Source: an uncultured Trueperaceae bacterium
GTDB taxonomy: Bacteria; Deinococcota; Deinococci; Deinococcales; Trueperaceae
Direction of reading: 5' to 3'
Assembly (NCBI GenBank): GCA_963815215.1
Contig: CAWFFU010000011.1
Coordinates: 608,001 to 672,000 of the forward strand
DNA length: 64,000 nucleotides
A model generated the notes under the pieces. It had not been told where the DNA came from. It searched no databases and saw only the letters and a list, made by a program, of their open reading frames with translations. The position numbers and the translations under genes are program-made. Numbering within the stretch: position 1 is the first letter of the stretch; every line of letters begins with the position of its first letter. This document shows, in pieces, positions 30,168 through 39,196 of this stretch.

Positions 30168-31179
30168 TAGGGGCCACGTCGCGGTCCTCGGCGATGGAAA
30201 TCAACGCGGCCAGCGAGGTCCGCAGCGCGCCGATCCCGTCTTCGACCGTCGCCAGCGGAGCGTGTGGCAGACCCCGCAAGGCGCGGTGGAAGTGCCGGAT
30301 CTCCTCGTGCCAGGGATCGCCGGGCGGCGCCTCCCAGCGCACGGTCTCGTCGGAGCGCAGTAGGCTGACCTGCTGTGGCCACTCCACGGCGATCATGCCG
30401 TCCGGCCCCATGTAGGTGTGCCGCTCACTCGCCGGGACGCCGGCCGGCAGCCCCCACGACACCTGGATCTGCCCGAAGCCCCCACCCGGGTAGCGCAGCG
30501 TGATGTGGGCGCTGTCCACAGCCTTGTCACGGATTCCCGTCAGCTCCGGCTTGCCCTCGCCGAAGGTGTACCCGTAGGCACGCACGACACTCGGCGGCTC
30601 CCCGAAGAACGCCTCCCACTGGTCGAAGAGGTGGCAGCACATGTCGATGATGGGTCCGCCGTTGGCGGCGGCGTCGTGCATCAGCCGCTTGGGCCGGACG
30701 CCTGCTGCCAGCGTGGCCTGCGCCAGCACCGGACGGCCGACGGCCTCGCCGAAGGCCAGGATCTGGCCGGTGGCCGGATCGAAGCGGCGCATGAAACCGA
30801 TGCGCAGCAGCTTGCCGGAGGCCTCCGCCGCACGGCGCATGGCTTCCGCCTCGCTCAGCCGCAGGGCCACCGGTTTCTCGCACAGCACATGCTTCCCGGC
30901 CTCGAGCGCCGCCACCACGAAGCGCGCGTGGAGGAACGTGGGCGTGCACACCGAGGCAGCGTCGACGTCGGCGCGCTCCCAGGCCGGCGCGGGGTCGTCG
31001 AGCGCCAGCGCACCGAACTCGGCCGCCACCGCTCGCGCACGTGCCAGGTCGGGATCGGCCACGGCGACCACCTGCGCGCCGGCCTCCGTCCACCCACGGG
31101 CGTGGCGGGCACCCATGTCACCGGCGCCGACGACCACCACGCCGAGCCGTTCTTGGGACCCTCGCTCCGGGCGGCTCAT
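30097..31179 (-). CDS. Gfo/Idh/MocA-family NAD(P) oxidoreductase
   Basis: VVGAGDMG, CTPTFLH, KHVLCEKP, GFMRRFD, GGPIIDMCCH. Confidence 0.85.
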   Translation of the reverse strand: MSRPERGSQERLGVVVVGAGDMGARHARGWTEAGAQVVAVADPDLARARAVAAEFGALALDDPAPAWERADVDAASVCTPTFLHARFVVAALEAGKHVLCEKPVALRLSEAEAMRRAAEASGKLLRIGFMRRFDPATGQILAFGEAVGRPVLAQATLAAGVRPKRLMHDAAANGGPIIDMCCHLFDQWEAFFGEPPSVVRAYGYTFGEGKPELTGIRDKAVDSAHITLRYPGGGFGQIQVSWGLPAGVPASERHTYMGPDGMIAVEWPQQVSLLRSDETVRWEAPPGDPWHEEIRHFHRALRGLPHAPLATVEDGIGALRTSLAALISIAEDRDVAPTEVRAEVRAEVRGDPAPRGEGAV

Positions 31180-32243
31180 GGCAGGTACCTCCGGTGCCAG
31201 CCCTCCCCGGCACCCTCCATCGCGGGCGCGCCGCGATAGCGGCGGTGGTCGTACCACGGCAACGCGGCATCGGCCCGAGCCGAGATGGCACGGAGGTACG
31301 GTAGTGCGCGCGCCCGCAGCCGCTGCTCGACCGCCGCCGCGTCAGGGTAGGCCTCGAGGGCCTCCAACCACACCGCGCGGCCGGCCAGGAAACCGCTCGC
31401 GCCGGCGTCGAACGCGAGTTCGAGGTCGGCTTCGAATTCGGCGCGCCCGACGCCCGCGCTCAGCAGCACCCAGGGCGCGGGGCAGGCATCATCGAGCTCC
31501 GCCAGGAAGCCGCGCACCTCATCCACGGAGTAGAGGGCGGGACGCTCGCGACCGTCGAAAGCGCCGCCGTGATAGCCGCGGCAGTGCTTGAGGTCGGCAG
31601 GGAACTCTAGCTTGAAGATGTCCACCCCGAAGCGCGGCTCGGCGAAGCGCCGAACGGACGCGAGGACGCGCTCGGGCCGGCGCGCCTGGTACTCCGGCGA
31701 GGTCGCGTCCTCGCCCTTCCCCGGGTAGACCAGCAGCTCCAGGATGAACGGGATGTCGCTCGCACGGCAGGCCTCGCCCACCTCCGCAACCAGCCGCTCC
31801 TGATGCGCGCGCGTCGCTTCCGAGGTGTCGGGACGATACCAGGCCAGCAGCTTGACGCCGGACGCCCCTGCGCGCTTGATGGCCGCGACGCTCCACCCCT
31901 CGATGAGCCTGGAGCGACGCTCGCCGTCGACCACCTCGAACCCGTAGTCCTCGAGCGTGCCGATCAGCGCCGTGCTGCCGGGAACGGCCGACAGCGCGGT
32001 GGCGTGCGTCCAGACGGGATCGATGAGGATCGCACCCGCCTCGGGAGCCAGCACCCGGGTGAGGAGCGCCTTGGCGGCAGCCACCTCGTCGAAGCTCAGG
32101 CTCTGCGGGTCCCGGTCGCCGGCGCGCGCCAGCGCCTGGAACAGTGGCGGCCGCTGATCGACCGCCACCATACGGAACACGCCGTCGTCGTCGGCGAGCG
32201 TCATCATCGCGCGCAACTTGCCGGCACTCAGGACCTCGCTCAT
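31176..32243 (-). CDS. Class I LacD/YihT-family aldolase (candidate sulfofructose-1-phosphate aldolase)
   Basis: MVAVDQR, AILIDP, GVKLL, PFILE, VDIFKLEFP, PWVLLSAGV, GASGFLAGRAVW. Confidence 0.85.
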   Translation of the reverse strand: MSEVLSAGKLRAMMTLADDDGVFRMVAVDQRPPLFQALARAGDRDPQSLSFDEVAAAKALLTRVLAPEAGAILIDPVWTHATALSAVPGSTALIGTLEDYGFEVVDGERRSRLIEGWSVAAIKRAGASGVKLLAWYRPDTSEATRAHQERLVAEVGEACRASDIPFILELLVYPGKGEDATSPEYQARRPERVLASVRRFAEPRFGVDIFKLEFPADLKHCRGYHGGAFDGRERPALYSVDEVRGFLAELDDACPAPWVLLSAGVGRAEFEADLELAFDAGASGFLAGRAVWLEALEAYPDAAAVEQRLRARALPYLRAISARADAALPWYDHRRYRGAPAMEGAGEGWHRRYLP

Positions 32244-32312
32244 GCTCGCACCTCCATCGTCTATCTTCACGCAGTCCACCTCGGTTCGTGGGTCGGGTTC
32301 ATCGGGCCGCCG

Positions 32313-33248
32313 TCAGCGCGGGGACGTGCCGGCGTCCGGGCGCACGCCCCCCGTCCCGGTGGCAGCGCGGAAGGCGACCACCTCATCGTGACCGGGCAGA
32401 CCGGCGCGCGCCCCGAAGGAACGGCACGCCATCGCCGCGGCAGTGGCCGCGTAGCGGGCCGCCTCCTCTGCGCCCTCGCGCCGTGCGATGGCGGCGGCGT
32501 ATGCCCCGTGGAACACGTCGCCCGCGCCGGTGGTGTCCAGCGCCTCGACGCGCGGGGCGGGGACGTGCGTGGCGCGCTCACCCTCCAGCAGCAGCACCCC
32601 CTCCGCCCCCAGCGTGATCCCCACCACCTGGCCGGGGCGTCGCCGCAGGTGCGGCAACGCCGCCTCGGGGTCGTCCCGGCCGATCAACTCCTGCGCGCAC
32701 TCGCGCGCCACCAGCAGGTGGTCGGCCAGTACGGCGTCCTCCCAGTGGCGGAGGTTGCCGTAATCGGCGACGACGGGGATCTCGTCGGCGCGGGCGGCCT
32801 CGGCAGCAGCGCGGCACAGCCGAGGATGCCTCAGGTCGACGAGCACGGCCCCGGCCCCTTCGAGGAAGCCGGGGGGCAGACGGGCGGGATCGTCCTCGAG
32901 CCCACTGCCGCGGAAGGGGAAGATCCAGCGTTCCCCGTCGGGCGCCACCAGCACGGCGCTGACGAACGTGCGCGCGCCTGGGAGACGGCGCACGCCGGAG
33001 ACGTCCACCCCGTGCGCCTCGAGGTCTTCGAGGGCGGTGGCGCCGGCGGCGTCGTCGCCGTGGAGCGCCACCAGCGCGGCAGCCACCCCGAGGTGCGCGG
33101 CCGCTGCGGCGGCCGTAGCGGCCGGCCCGCCCCCCTGCGTCCGGAAGGCCGTGGCATCGGTACGCGAATGCGCCGGCGGGAAGCGCTCGACCCGCCACAC
33201 GTGATCCAGACACGACAGCCCGACGCACACCACGCGCGGACCCCTCAC
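32313..33248 (-). CDS. PfkB-family sugar kinase, sulfofructose kinase YihV-like
   Basis: VVCVG..CLD, GGGPAATAA, SAVLVAPDGER, VLVDLR, DTTGAGDVFHGAY. Confidence 0.85.
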   Translation of the reverse strand: MRGPRVVCVGLSCLDHVWRVERFPPAHSRTDATAFRTQGGGPAATAAAAAAHLGVAAALVALHGDDAAGATALEDLEAHGVDVSGVRRLPGARTFVSAVLVAPDGERWIFPFRGSGLEDDPARLPPGFLEGAGAVLVDLRHPRLCRAAAEAARADEIPVVADYGNLRHWEDAVLADHLLVARECAQELIGRDDPEAALPHLRRRPGQVVGITLGAEGVLLLEGERATHVPAPRVEALDTTGAGDVFHGAYAAAIARREGAEEAARYAATAAAMACRSFGARAGLPGHDEVVAFRAATGTGGVRPDAGTSPR

Positions 33249-34648
33249 GATCGCAGGTAGGGCGCCGGGGGCAGCGCCGGCAGGACGTCAGCACCGAGGT
33301 AGGCGCACAACTCGTAGAGCGCGTCGACCCTGTCGCCGCGACCGAAAGCGAGGTGGTGCGGCAACCGCCGGTCGAGCAGGTTGGCGACGAAGGCGCGCAC
33401 GTTGACGGGGCTCTCACCCCAGCGCAGCCCGCCGATCCAACCGCGGACGCCGTCGTACCCCGCCTTCTCCGTCCGCCCGACCTCGCCGCCGACGATGACG
33501 GCGCGACGACCGGAGCTCAGCAGGCGGAACCCGGTCACGGGACCGGCTCGCAGGCGCATGTCGCGCACGACGCCGGTACCGTCGCGATTGAAGTGCGTGG
33601 TGAGACGGGTGTCGGGGCTGCCCGAGGGTCCCGGCGCCGCCCACGCCACGGGCGCGTTGCCGCAGTGCCAGACCTGGAGGGTGTCGTCGGTGTCGTCCGC
33701 GTCGGAGAGATCCATGAGGATGGCGGGGTCGCCGCTGACGCCCTGCAGCGCCAGCATCGACAGCGCCCCCATCACGTCCCCCTCGCAGGCGGCGGGCACC
33801 TCACGGCCGCTCGAGTCCCCCATCGCAGCGCACGCCATCGAGCCGCAGGTCTCCGCCACCTCTGGCCAGCACCGCACGGCCAGCGCCGTCGCTCCCGCCT
33901 CCTCGGCCAGGCTCTCGAGGGCGGCGTCGATGCGCGCGCCCCGGACGAGCTGCTCGAACGTCACGTCCGTGCGCTCGCGGTCCTGCCAGACGCGAGCGCG
34001 CGCCTCGGCCTCAGCGTCAGGCACCGCCGCCACGCGCTCGAACAGCGCCGCCAGATCGCGCGCGACGACCTCGACTCCGACGAGGTCGGGCGCCTCTTGC
34101 AGTCCGTAGAAGCCCGGCGCGGTACCCCCGATCGCCAGGATGCGGGCGCTCCGCACCGCGGCCAGGCCGCGGAGCGCGCCTACCGTGGCCGCCAACCGCC
34201 GCACGAACTCGGGGTCATCTGGCAGCCCGTAGAACCACTTGACGGGTCCGGACTTGGCCACCTGCGGCGCGTCCAGCAGCGAGAGCGTCATGTTGAGGCC
34301 ACACAGCGAGTTGAGCGGCAGCGGCCCCTCGCTCCAACCGCCCACGCGCTCCGGCACACCCCACAGCCCGACCCGCTCGGTGGCCGCGAGCAGCGGGGCG
34401 ACCACGTCGCCGGTCGCGAAGGTGGTGAGCTGCACCAGCAGGTAGTCGAGGCGCTCTTCGGCGAGCACGCGCGCCGCACGCGCGGCCTCGGGCGCGTCGC
34501 GTACCGCCCGCTCGGACGCCACCAGCTCGAACCCGAGCCGATCTGCGAGCTTCCCCAGACCGTCGAGGCTGAGGCGCGCCGCTGCGGCGGCGTCCCCCTT
34601 GAAGGCGGGCCGCGTCACCGAGACGAACCCGATGCGGGGTCGGATCAT
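33245..34648 (-). CDS. L-fucose/L-arabinose isomerase-like protein, sulfoquinovose isomerase SqvD/SftI-like
   Basis: R..F, TTFA, LNSLCG, APGF, AVRCWP, CEGD..GALSM, MDL, WHCG, HFNR, PHH, in the order I recall for SqvD-type isomerases. Confidence 0.78.
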   Translation of the reverse strand: MIRPRIGFVSVTRPAFKGDAAAAARLSLDGLGKLADRLGFELVASERAVRDAPEAARAARVLAEERLDYLLVQLTTFATGDVVAPLLAATERVGLWGVPERVGGWSEGPLPLNSLCGLNMTLSLLDAPQVAKSGPVKWFYGLPDDPEFVRRLAATVGALRGLAAVRSARILAIGGTAPGFYGLQEAPDLVGVEVVARDLAALFERVAAVPDAEAEARARVWQDRERTDVTFEQLVRGARIDAALESLAEEAGATALAVRCWPEVAETCGSMACAAMGDSSGREVPAACEGDVMGALSMLALQGVSGDPAILMDLSDADDTDDTLQVWHCGNAPVAWAAPGPSGSPDTRLTTHFNRDGTGVVRDMRLRAGPVTGFRLLSSGRRAVIVGGEVGRTEKAGYDGVRGWIGGLRWGESPVNVRAFVANLLDRRLPHHLAFGRGDRVDALYELCAYLGADVLPALPPAPYLRS

Positions 34649-34655
34649 GATTGGA

Positions 34656-35585
34656 TCATCCCTTCACGCCTCCGGCGGTGAGACCGCTGATGATGCGCTG
34701 CTGGAAGAACAGGATCAGCAGCACCAGAGGCACGATGCCGATCGTGACGGCTGCGCTGATCAGGGCCCAGGGGAAGGCGAACTCGCCCTGGTACAAGGTG
34801 ATGCCCACGGGCACGGTGCGCATGGTCGTGGCGGTGTTGAACGTCAAGGCCAGCAGGAACTCGTTCCAGGAGTTCACGAACGCGATGATGCCGGCGGTCA
34901 CGACCCCCGGCGCCGAGAGCGGCGCCACCACGCGGAACAGCGCCCCCACGCGGCTGGTGCCGTCGACGGTGGCGGCGGCCTCCAGGTCCTCCGGGATGAG
35001 CTGGAAGAAGCTGGTCAGGATGAGCGTGGTGATCGGCAGGCTCAGCGCAACGTAGGGGATGATCAGCGCCCAGTAGGTGTTGAGCAGGTTGGGCGTCATC
35101 AACGTGGTGGGCAGGAAGCCCCAACCTAGCGCGTGCAGGTACCCGAACAACGGCGTCAGCAAGGGCACCTCGACGCCCACGAACAGACGGTACAGCGGCA
35201 CCAGCATCACCAGCGCCGGGAACATGCTGGTCATCACGATGGAGGTGAGGATCGCCCGGCGGCCGCGCAATCTGAGCCGCGCGAGCGCGTAGCCGGCCAG
35301 CGAGGCGAACAGCACGCATACCAACGTGGCCGCCAGCGACACCACGGCGGAGTTCAGGAGGAAGCGGCCGAAGGGGTTCTCGGTGAAGACCGATCCGTAG
35401 TTGTGGAGCGTGGCGTGCAGAGGAAGGTAGGTGATGGGGATGCGGGTCAGCTCGTTCTCGGACTTCAGCGACGTGAGGAACAGCCATACCGCCGGGAACA
35501 GCCCGTTGACGATCATCAGCAGCAGTCCGAGTCGCACCACCACGTAGCGCACGCGTCGACGGGGTCCTCTCGCGGGGGCCGTCAT
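34656..35585 (-). CDS. Carbohydrate ABC permease (MalG-type)
   Basis: LAGYALAR, IPEDLEAAATVDG (EAA), SWNEFL, FQQRIISGLTAGGVKG. Confidence 0.9.
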   Translation of the reverse strand: MTAPARGPRRRVRYVVVRLGLLLMIVNGLFPAVWLFLTSLKSENELTRIPITYLPLHATLHNYGSVFTENPFGRFLLNSAVVSLAATLVCVLFASLAGYALARLRLRGRRAILTSIVMTSMFPALVMLVPLYRLFVGVEVPLLTPLFGYLHALGWGFLPTTLMTPNLLNTYWALIIPYVALSLPITTLILTSFFQLIPEDLEAAATVDGTSRVGALFRVVAPLSAPGVVTAGIIAFVNSWNEFLLALTFNTATTMRTVPVGITLYQGEFAFPWALISAAVTIGIVPLVLLILFFQQRIISGLTAGGVKG

Positions 35586-36703
35586 TCGGTGTAGATCCAT
35601 CGCAGGTAGAAGACCGTGATCGCCAGACTGATCAGGAACAGCACCACCGACAGCGCCGCGGCATAGCCGATGTTGAGCGCCAGCGTCGAGTTGTAGATGT
35701 ACACCCCCAGGGTCTCCAGGCTGCGACCGGGGCCGCCGCGGGTCATGGCGAAGGGGATGTCGAAGGTCTGGATAGCGGTGAGCGTACGGAAGATGAGGGC
35801 CACGGCGATCGACGGACGCAGCAGCGGAAGGGTGATGCGCCAGAAGCGCTGCCAGGCGTTGGCGCCGTCGACCACCGCTGCCTCGTAGAGGCTGGCGTCG
35901 ATCGACTGCAGGCCGGCGAGCAGGATGAGCCCCACGAACGAGGAGGTCTTCCACACGATCGTGATGTTGACCGCCGCGATCGCCGGCGAAACCCGCGCCA
36001 GCCACAACGGCCCGTGCAAGCCGATGCGGCCCAGCAGGTCGTTGATCACGCCGTACTGGCTCTGGAACAACCAGGCGAAGGTGAGGCCGGCGAAGACGCG
36101 CGGCATCGCCCACGGCAGCAGCAGCGCCACTCTGCCGAGCCACCGCAAGCGGGACTCGACGTTCGCCAGGAGCGCCAGCGGCAGGCCGGCGACGAAGGAG
36201 CCGACCACGCTGACCACGATGATCAGCATGGTGATCGAGAAGGAGTTCCAGAAGCGGCCGTCGGTCCAGCGACCACCGGCGCCCGGATGGAACCCCAGCA
36301 GGTAGGCGAACAGCAGCACCATCAGCAGGCCCAGCACGGTGCCGGAGAGGCGACCGATCCAACGCCGACGCACGGCCCACAGCAGCGGGGCCAACGCGGC
36401 CAGCCCCAGCAACCGCAGCCACAGCAGGTGCGAAGCATTCCAGATCAGCCCTTCACCCCAGAGCATGCGCCGGAAGTTGCCGAGGCCGATGAAGGGCGTG
36501 CCCCGGAAGGGCTGGTTGAGCCGGTTGAAGTGCAGCGATTGCCACAGCACGGTGAGCATGGGATAGAGCATGACCGCGGCCAGCGTCAGCAGAGCCGGCA
36601 GCAGCAACAGCACGGCGAGCTGCCCGTCGGACAGGTTGCCGGTGCGCAGCCGGCGCCAGAAGCCCGGCCTGCGGTAGGGGGTGGTGGGAACGGTGCGAGC
36701 CAT
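35582..36703 (-). CDS. Carbohydrate ABC permease (MalF-type)
   Basis: FIGLGNF, LLPWAMP, LAGLQSID..LYEAAVVDGA, TRGGPG. Confidence 0.9.
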   Translation of the reverse strand: MARTVPTTPYRRPGFWRRLRTGNLSDGQLAVLLLLPALLTLAAVMLYPMLTVLWQSLHFNRLNQPFRGTPFIGLGNFRRMLWGEGLIWNASHLLWLRLLGLAALAPLLWAVRRRWIGRLSGTVLGLLMVLLFAYLLGFHPGAGGRWTDGRFWNSFSITMLIIVVSVVGSFVAGLPLALLANVESRLRWLGRVALLLPWAMPRVFAGLTFAWLFQSQYGVINDLLGRIGLHGPLWLARVSPAIAAVNITIVWKTSSFVGLILLAGLQSIDASLYEAAVVDGANAWQRFWRITLPLLRPSIAVALIFRTLTAIQTFDIPFAMTRGGPGRSLETLGVYIYNSTLALNIGYAAALSVVLFLISLAITVFYLRWIYTE

Positions 36704-36777
36704 GGAAGATAGGGGAGGCAAGATCGGGTGGGGCGCCGCGCGAACGCCCCACCCCTGGATCGACGCCTTCGCCGAGC

Positions 36778-38043
36778 CTACTGCGAGAGGATGTCCTGCA
36801 GGCCGGTCTGCATCTTCTGCAGGGCCTGGTCGGCCGTCATCGAGCGCGCGAAGAAGGCATTCATGGTGGTGCGGATGAGGTCGCTGACGTCAGGGTAGAG
36901 CGGCGTCACCGGCCGCGGCCGGGCGTTGATGATGACGTCGTAGAAGTCGGCGTACTGCGGGGCCGTGGCGAGCACGGCCGGGTCCTTGTACAGCGCCTTG
37001 CGCGCCGGGATGTTGCTGGCCTTCACCGCCAGCGTGCGCTGGCTGTCCTCGTTGGCCAGGAAGCGCATGAGCTTGAAGGCGTCCTGCTTGTGCGCGCTGT
37101 AGGGGTTCATCGCCCACTGCCAGCCGCCCACGCAGGTAGCGGAGGTGTGGCCTTGGAAGGCGGGCAGCGGCGCCACCCCGACCTTGCCCTTGACGGCGGT
37201 GTCGGCGTCGCTCTGGAAGTGCGCCCAGGCATAGCCCCAGTTCAGCATGAACACCACGTCACCGGACTGGAACATCTTGCGCGAGGTGTCGGTGGCGACC
37301 TCGGCGATGTTGGGGATGGTGATGCCCGAAGAGAGCGTCTGGTCGTACCAGTCGAGCGCCTGCTTGCCGGCCGCCGTGTTGATGGTGATGTTCCCGTTGG
37401 CGTCGCGCCAGTTGCCGCCGGCCGTCCACAGCGCCTCGAGGAACGTGCAGTTGGTGCCCTCGATGGCGGCGCCCTGGTAGTTGAAGCCCTGCAGGTTGGG
37501 GTTGTTCTCCCCCTTCATGATCGTCAGGGCCTGGTTCTTGAGCTCCTCCCAGGTCTTGGGCGGCTGGAAGCCGTACTTGTCGAGCAGGTCCTTGCGGTAG
37601 TACAGGAACTGCGCGTCGGTGAAGGCAGGGATGGCATACAGCTTGCCGTTCACCGTGTCGGCGTTGATGGGGCCCGGAAGGAACGACGCCAGGTAGGTCT
37701 TCTCAGCGTCGGCGGAGGCGAAGTAGCTGTCGAGCGGCTCGGCCCATCCCGACGCCGCGTACTGCGCGGGGCGCACCACGTCGACGAGCATGACGTCGAT
37801 GGCCGAGGACTTGCTGGTCAACACGGTGCTGAGGTACTGCTGCTGCACGTCGCTTGTCGCGCCGCCCACCTCGAAGGTGGCGTGGATGTCGGGGTTCTCG
37901 GCGTTGAACTTGTCGAGCAAGGGTCCGATGACATCGGGCCGCTGCTGGCCGCCGATGAAGACCTTGAGGTTCACCTGGGCGGCGCCGGTCGCGAACAGCG
38001 CAGCGAACGCCAGGGCGAGCAGGACGCGGATGGGTCGGTTCAT
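36778..38043 (-). CDS. Carbohydrate ABC substrate-binding protein, sulfoquinovose-binding SmoF-like
   Basis: GGATS.VQQQYL.TV, DVVRPAQ, PAF.D..FLYYRKDLL, QG.AIEG..CTFL, EVATD..RK.FQ.G, NW.YAW.HFQ, TC.GGW, RPVTP, which align with the Agrobacterium SmoF sequence as I recall it. Confidence 0.85.
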   Translation of the reverse strand: MNRPIRVLLALAFAALFATGAAQVNLKVFIGGQQRPDVIGPLLDKFNAENPDIHATFEVGGATSDVQQQYLSTVLTSKSSAIDVMLVDVVRPAQYAASGWAEPLDSYFASADAEKTYLASFLPGPINADTVNGKLYAIPAFTDAQFLYYRKDLLDKYGFQPPKTWEELKNQALTIMKGENNPNLQGFNYQGAAIEGTNCTFLEALWTAGGNWRDANGNITINTAAGKQALDWYDQTLSSGITIPNIAEVATDTSRKMFQSGDVVFMLNWGYAWAHFQSDADTAVKGKVGVAPLPAFQGHTSATCVGGWQWAMNPYSAHKQDAFKLMRFLANEDSQRTLAVKASNIPARKALYKDPAVLATAPQYADFYDVIINARPRPVTPLYPDVSDLIRTTMNAFFARSMTADQALQKMQTGLQDILSQ

Positions 38044-38090
38044 GGATACCTCCGGAATCGTGTTGGGTGGTTGGCGAACGGACGGGTCGT

Positions 38091-39125
38091 CTACGCAGGC
38101 GGCACCTCCATCAGGGCAGGGGGACCTGTGCTGTCGCGGACGATGAGCTGGGTCGCCAGACGCGCCGACGGGACGGTACCGCCGGCCATCAGGGTGAGGA
38201 GCGCGTCGAAGGCCATCTCGCCCAGGCGACGCGTCGGTTGCCGGACCGTGGTGAGCGCCGGGCTGGCCACCGCGGCCAGCGGTGTGTCGTCGAAGCCGAC
38301 GACGGACACGTCGCCCGGCACACGGCGGCCCGCCGCCACGAGAGCGCTCAAGGCGCCCAGCGCCACCAGGTCGTTGTTGCCGAGAACGGCGTCGAAGGGC
38401 GTCGCGCCGGCGAGCAGGCGCGCGCAAGCGGCGGCGCCGCCCGTCTTGCTGTCGTCGGTCGGCGCGAGCAGCTCGGGGTCGGCCTCCAGACCGAAGGTCT
38501 CGACGCCGGTACGGTAGGCGCGGATGCGACGCTCGGCGTAGCGTGAGCCGCGGGGACCGCTCAGGAAGGCCACCCGACGCAGGCCGAGTTGGTGCAGGTG
38601 CGCCAGCGCCTGCCACACCCCGGCACGCTCGTTGCTTCCGATACTCACGGCCTGGAGTGTGCGCGGACCGGCATGGATGGCCACCACCGGGTAGTGGGCG
38701 GCGATCAACCGGTTGAGGCCCTCGACGTCCTCGTCGGCTACGCTCGAACCGAGCACGAGCAGGCCGTCGACCCGCCCCTCGCGTAGCCACAGGGTGAAGT
38801 CGGGGCGGGGCGCGGTCGAGAGCAACAGCGGGAAGCCCGCCTCCTCGGCCCGGCCGGTGACGCCGAGCAGCAGCTCGTTGAAGTAGGGGTTGGCGAACAC
38901 CAGCTCGGAGCTGCGAGGCAGCATCAGCCCGACGACTTGCGCCTTCCGGCGCGTCAGCGCCCTCGCCGCCGCGTCGGGATGGTACCCCAGCGTGTCGGCG
39001 AGCTCGCGCACACGCGCACGCGTACCGCGTGCGATCTGCGGGTCGTCGCGCAGGGCCCGTGACACGGTCGAGCGAGCCAGTCCCAGCCGTTCGGAGAGGT
39101 CCTTCAGCGTGAGCTTGCGCCTCAC
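38091..39125 (-). CDS. LacI-family transcriptional regulator
   Basis: TLKDLSERLGLARSTVSRAL HTH, GYHPDAAARAL hinge, VPGDVSVVGFDD, LTTVRQP. Confidence 0.93.
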   Translation of the reverse strand: MRRKLTLKDLSERLGLARSTVSRALRDDPQIARGTRARVRELADTLGYHPDAAARALTRRKAQVVGLMLPRSSELVFANPYFNELLLGVTGRAEEAGFPLLLSTAPRPDFTLWLREGRVDGLLVLGSSVADEDVEGLNRLIAAHYPVVAIHAGPRTLQAVSIGSNERAGVWQALAHLHQLGLRRVAFLSGPRGSRYAERRIRAYRTGVETFGLEADPELLAPTDDSKTGGAAACARLLAGATPFDAVLGNNDLVALGALSALVAAGRRVPGDVSVVGFDDTPLAAVASPALTTVRQPTRRLGEMAFDALLTLMAGGTVPSARLATQLIVRDSTGPPALMEVPPA

Positions 39126-39196
39126 GAATGACCGCCCGCCTCCCCGCCCCCGGGCGCATCGCGATGCGCGGCCAGAGGGCGATTCGATAGCTTCTA

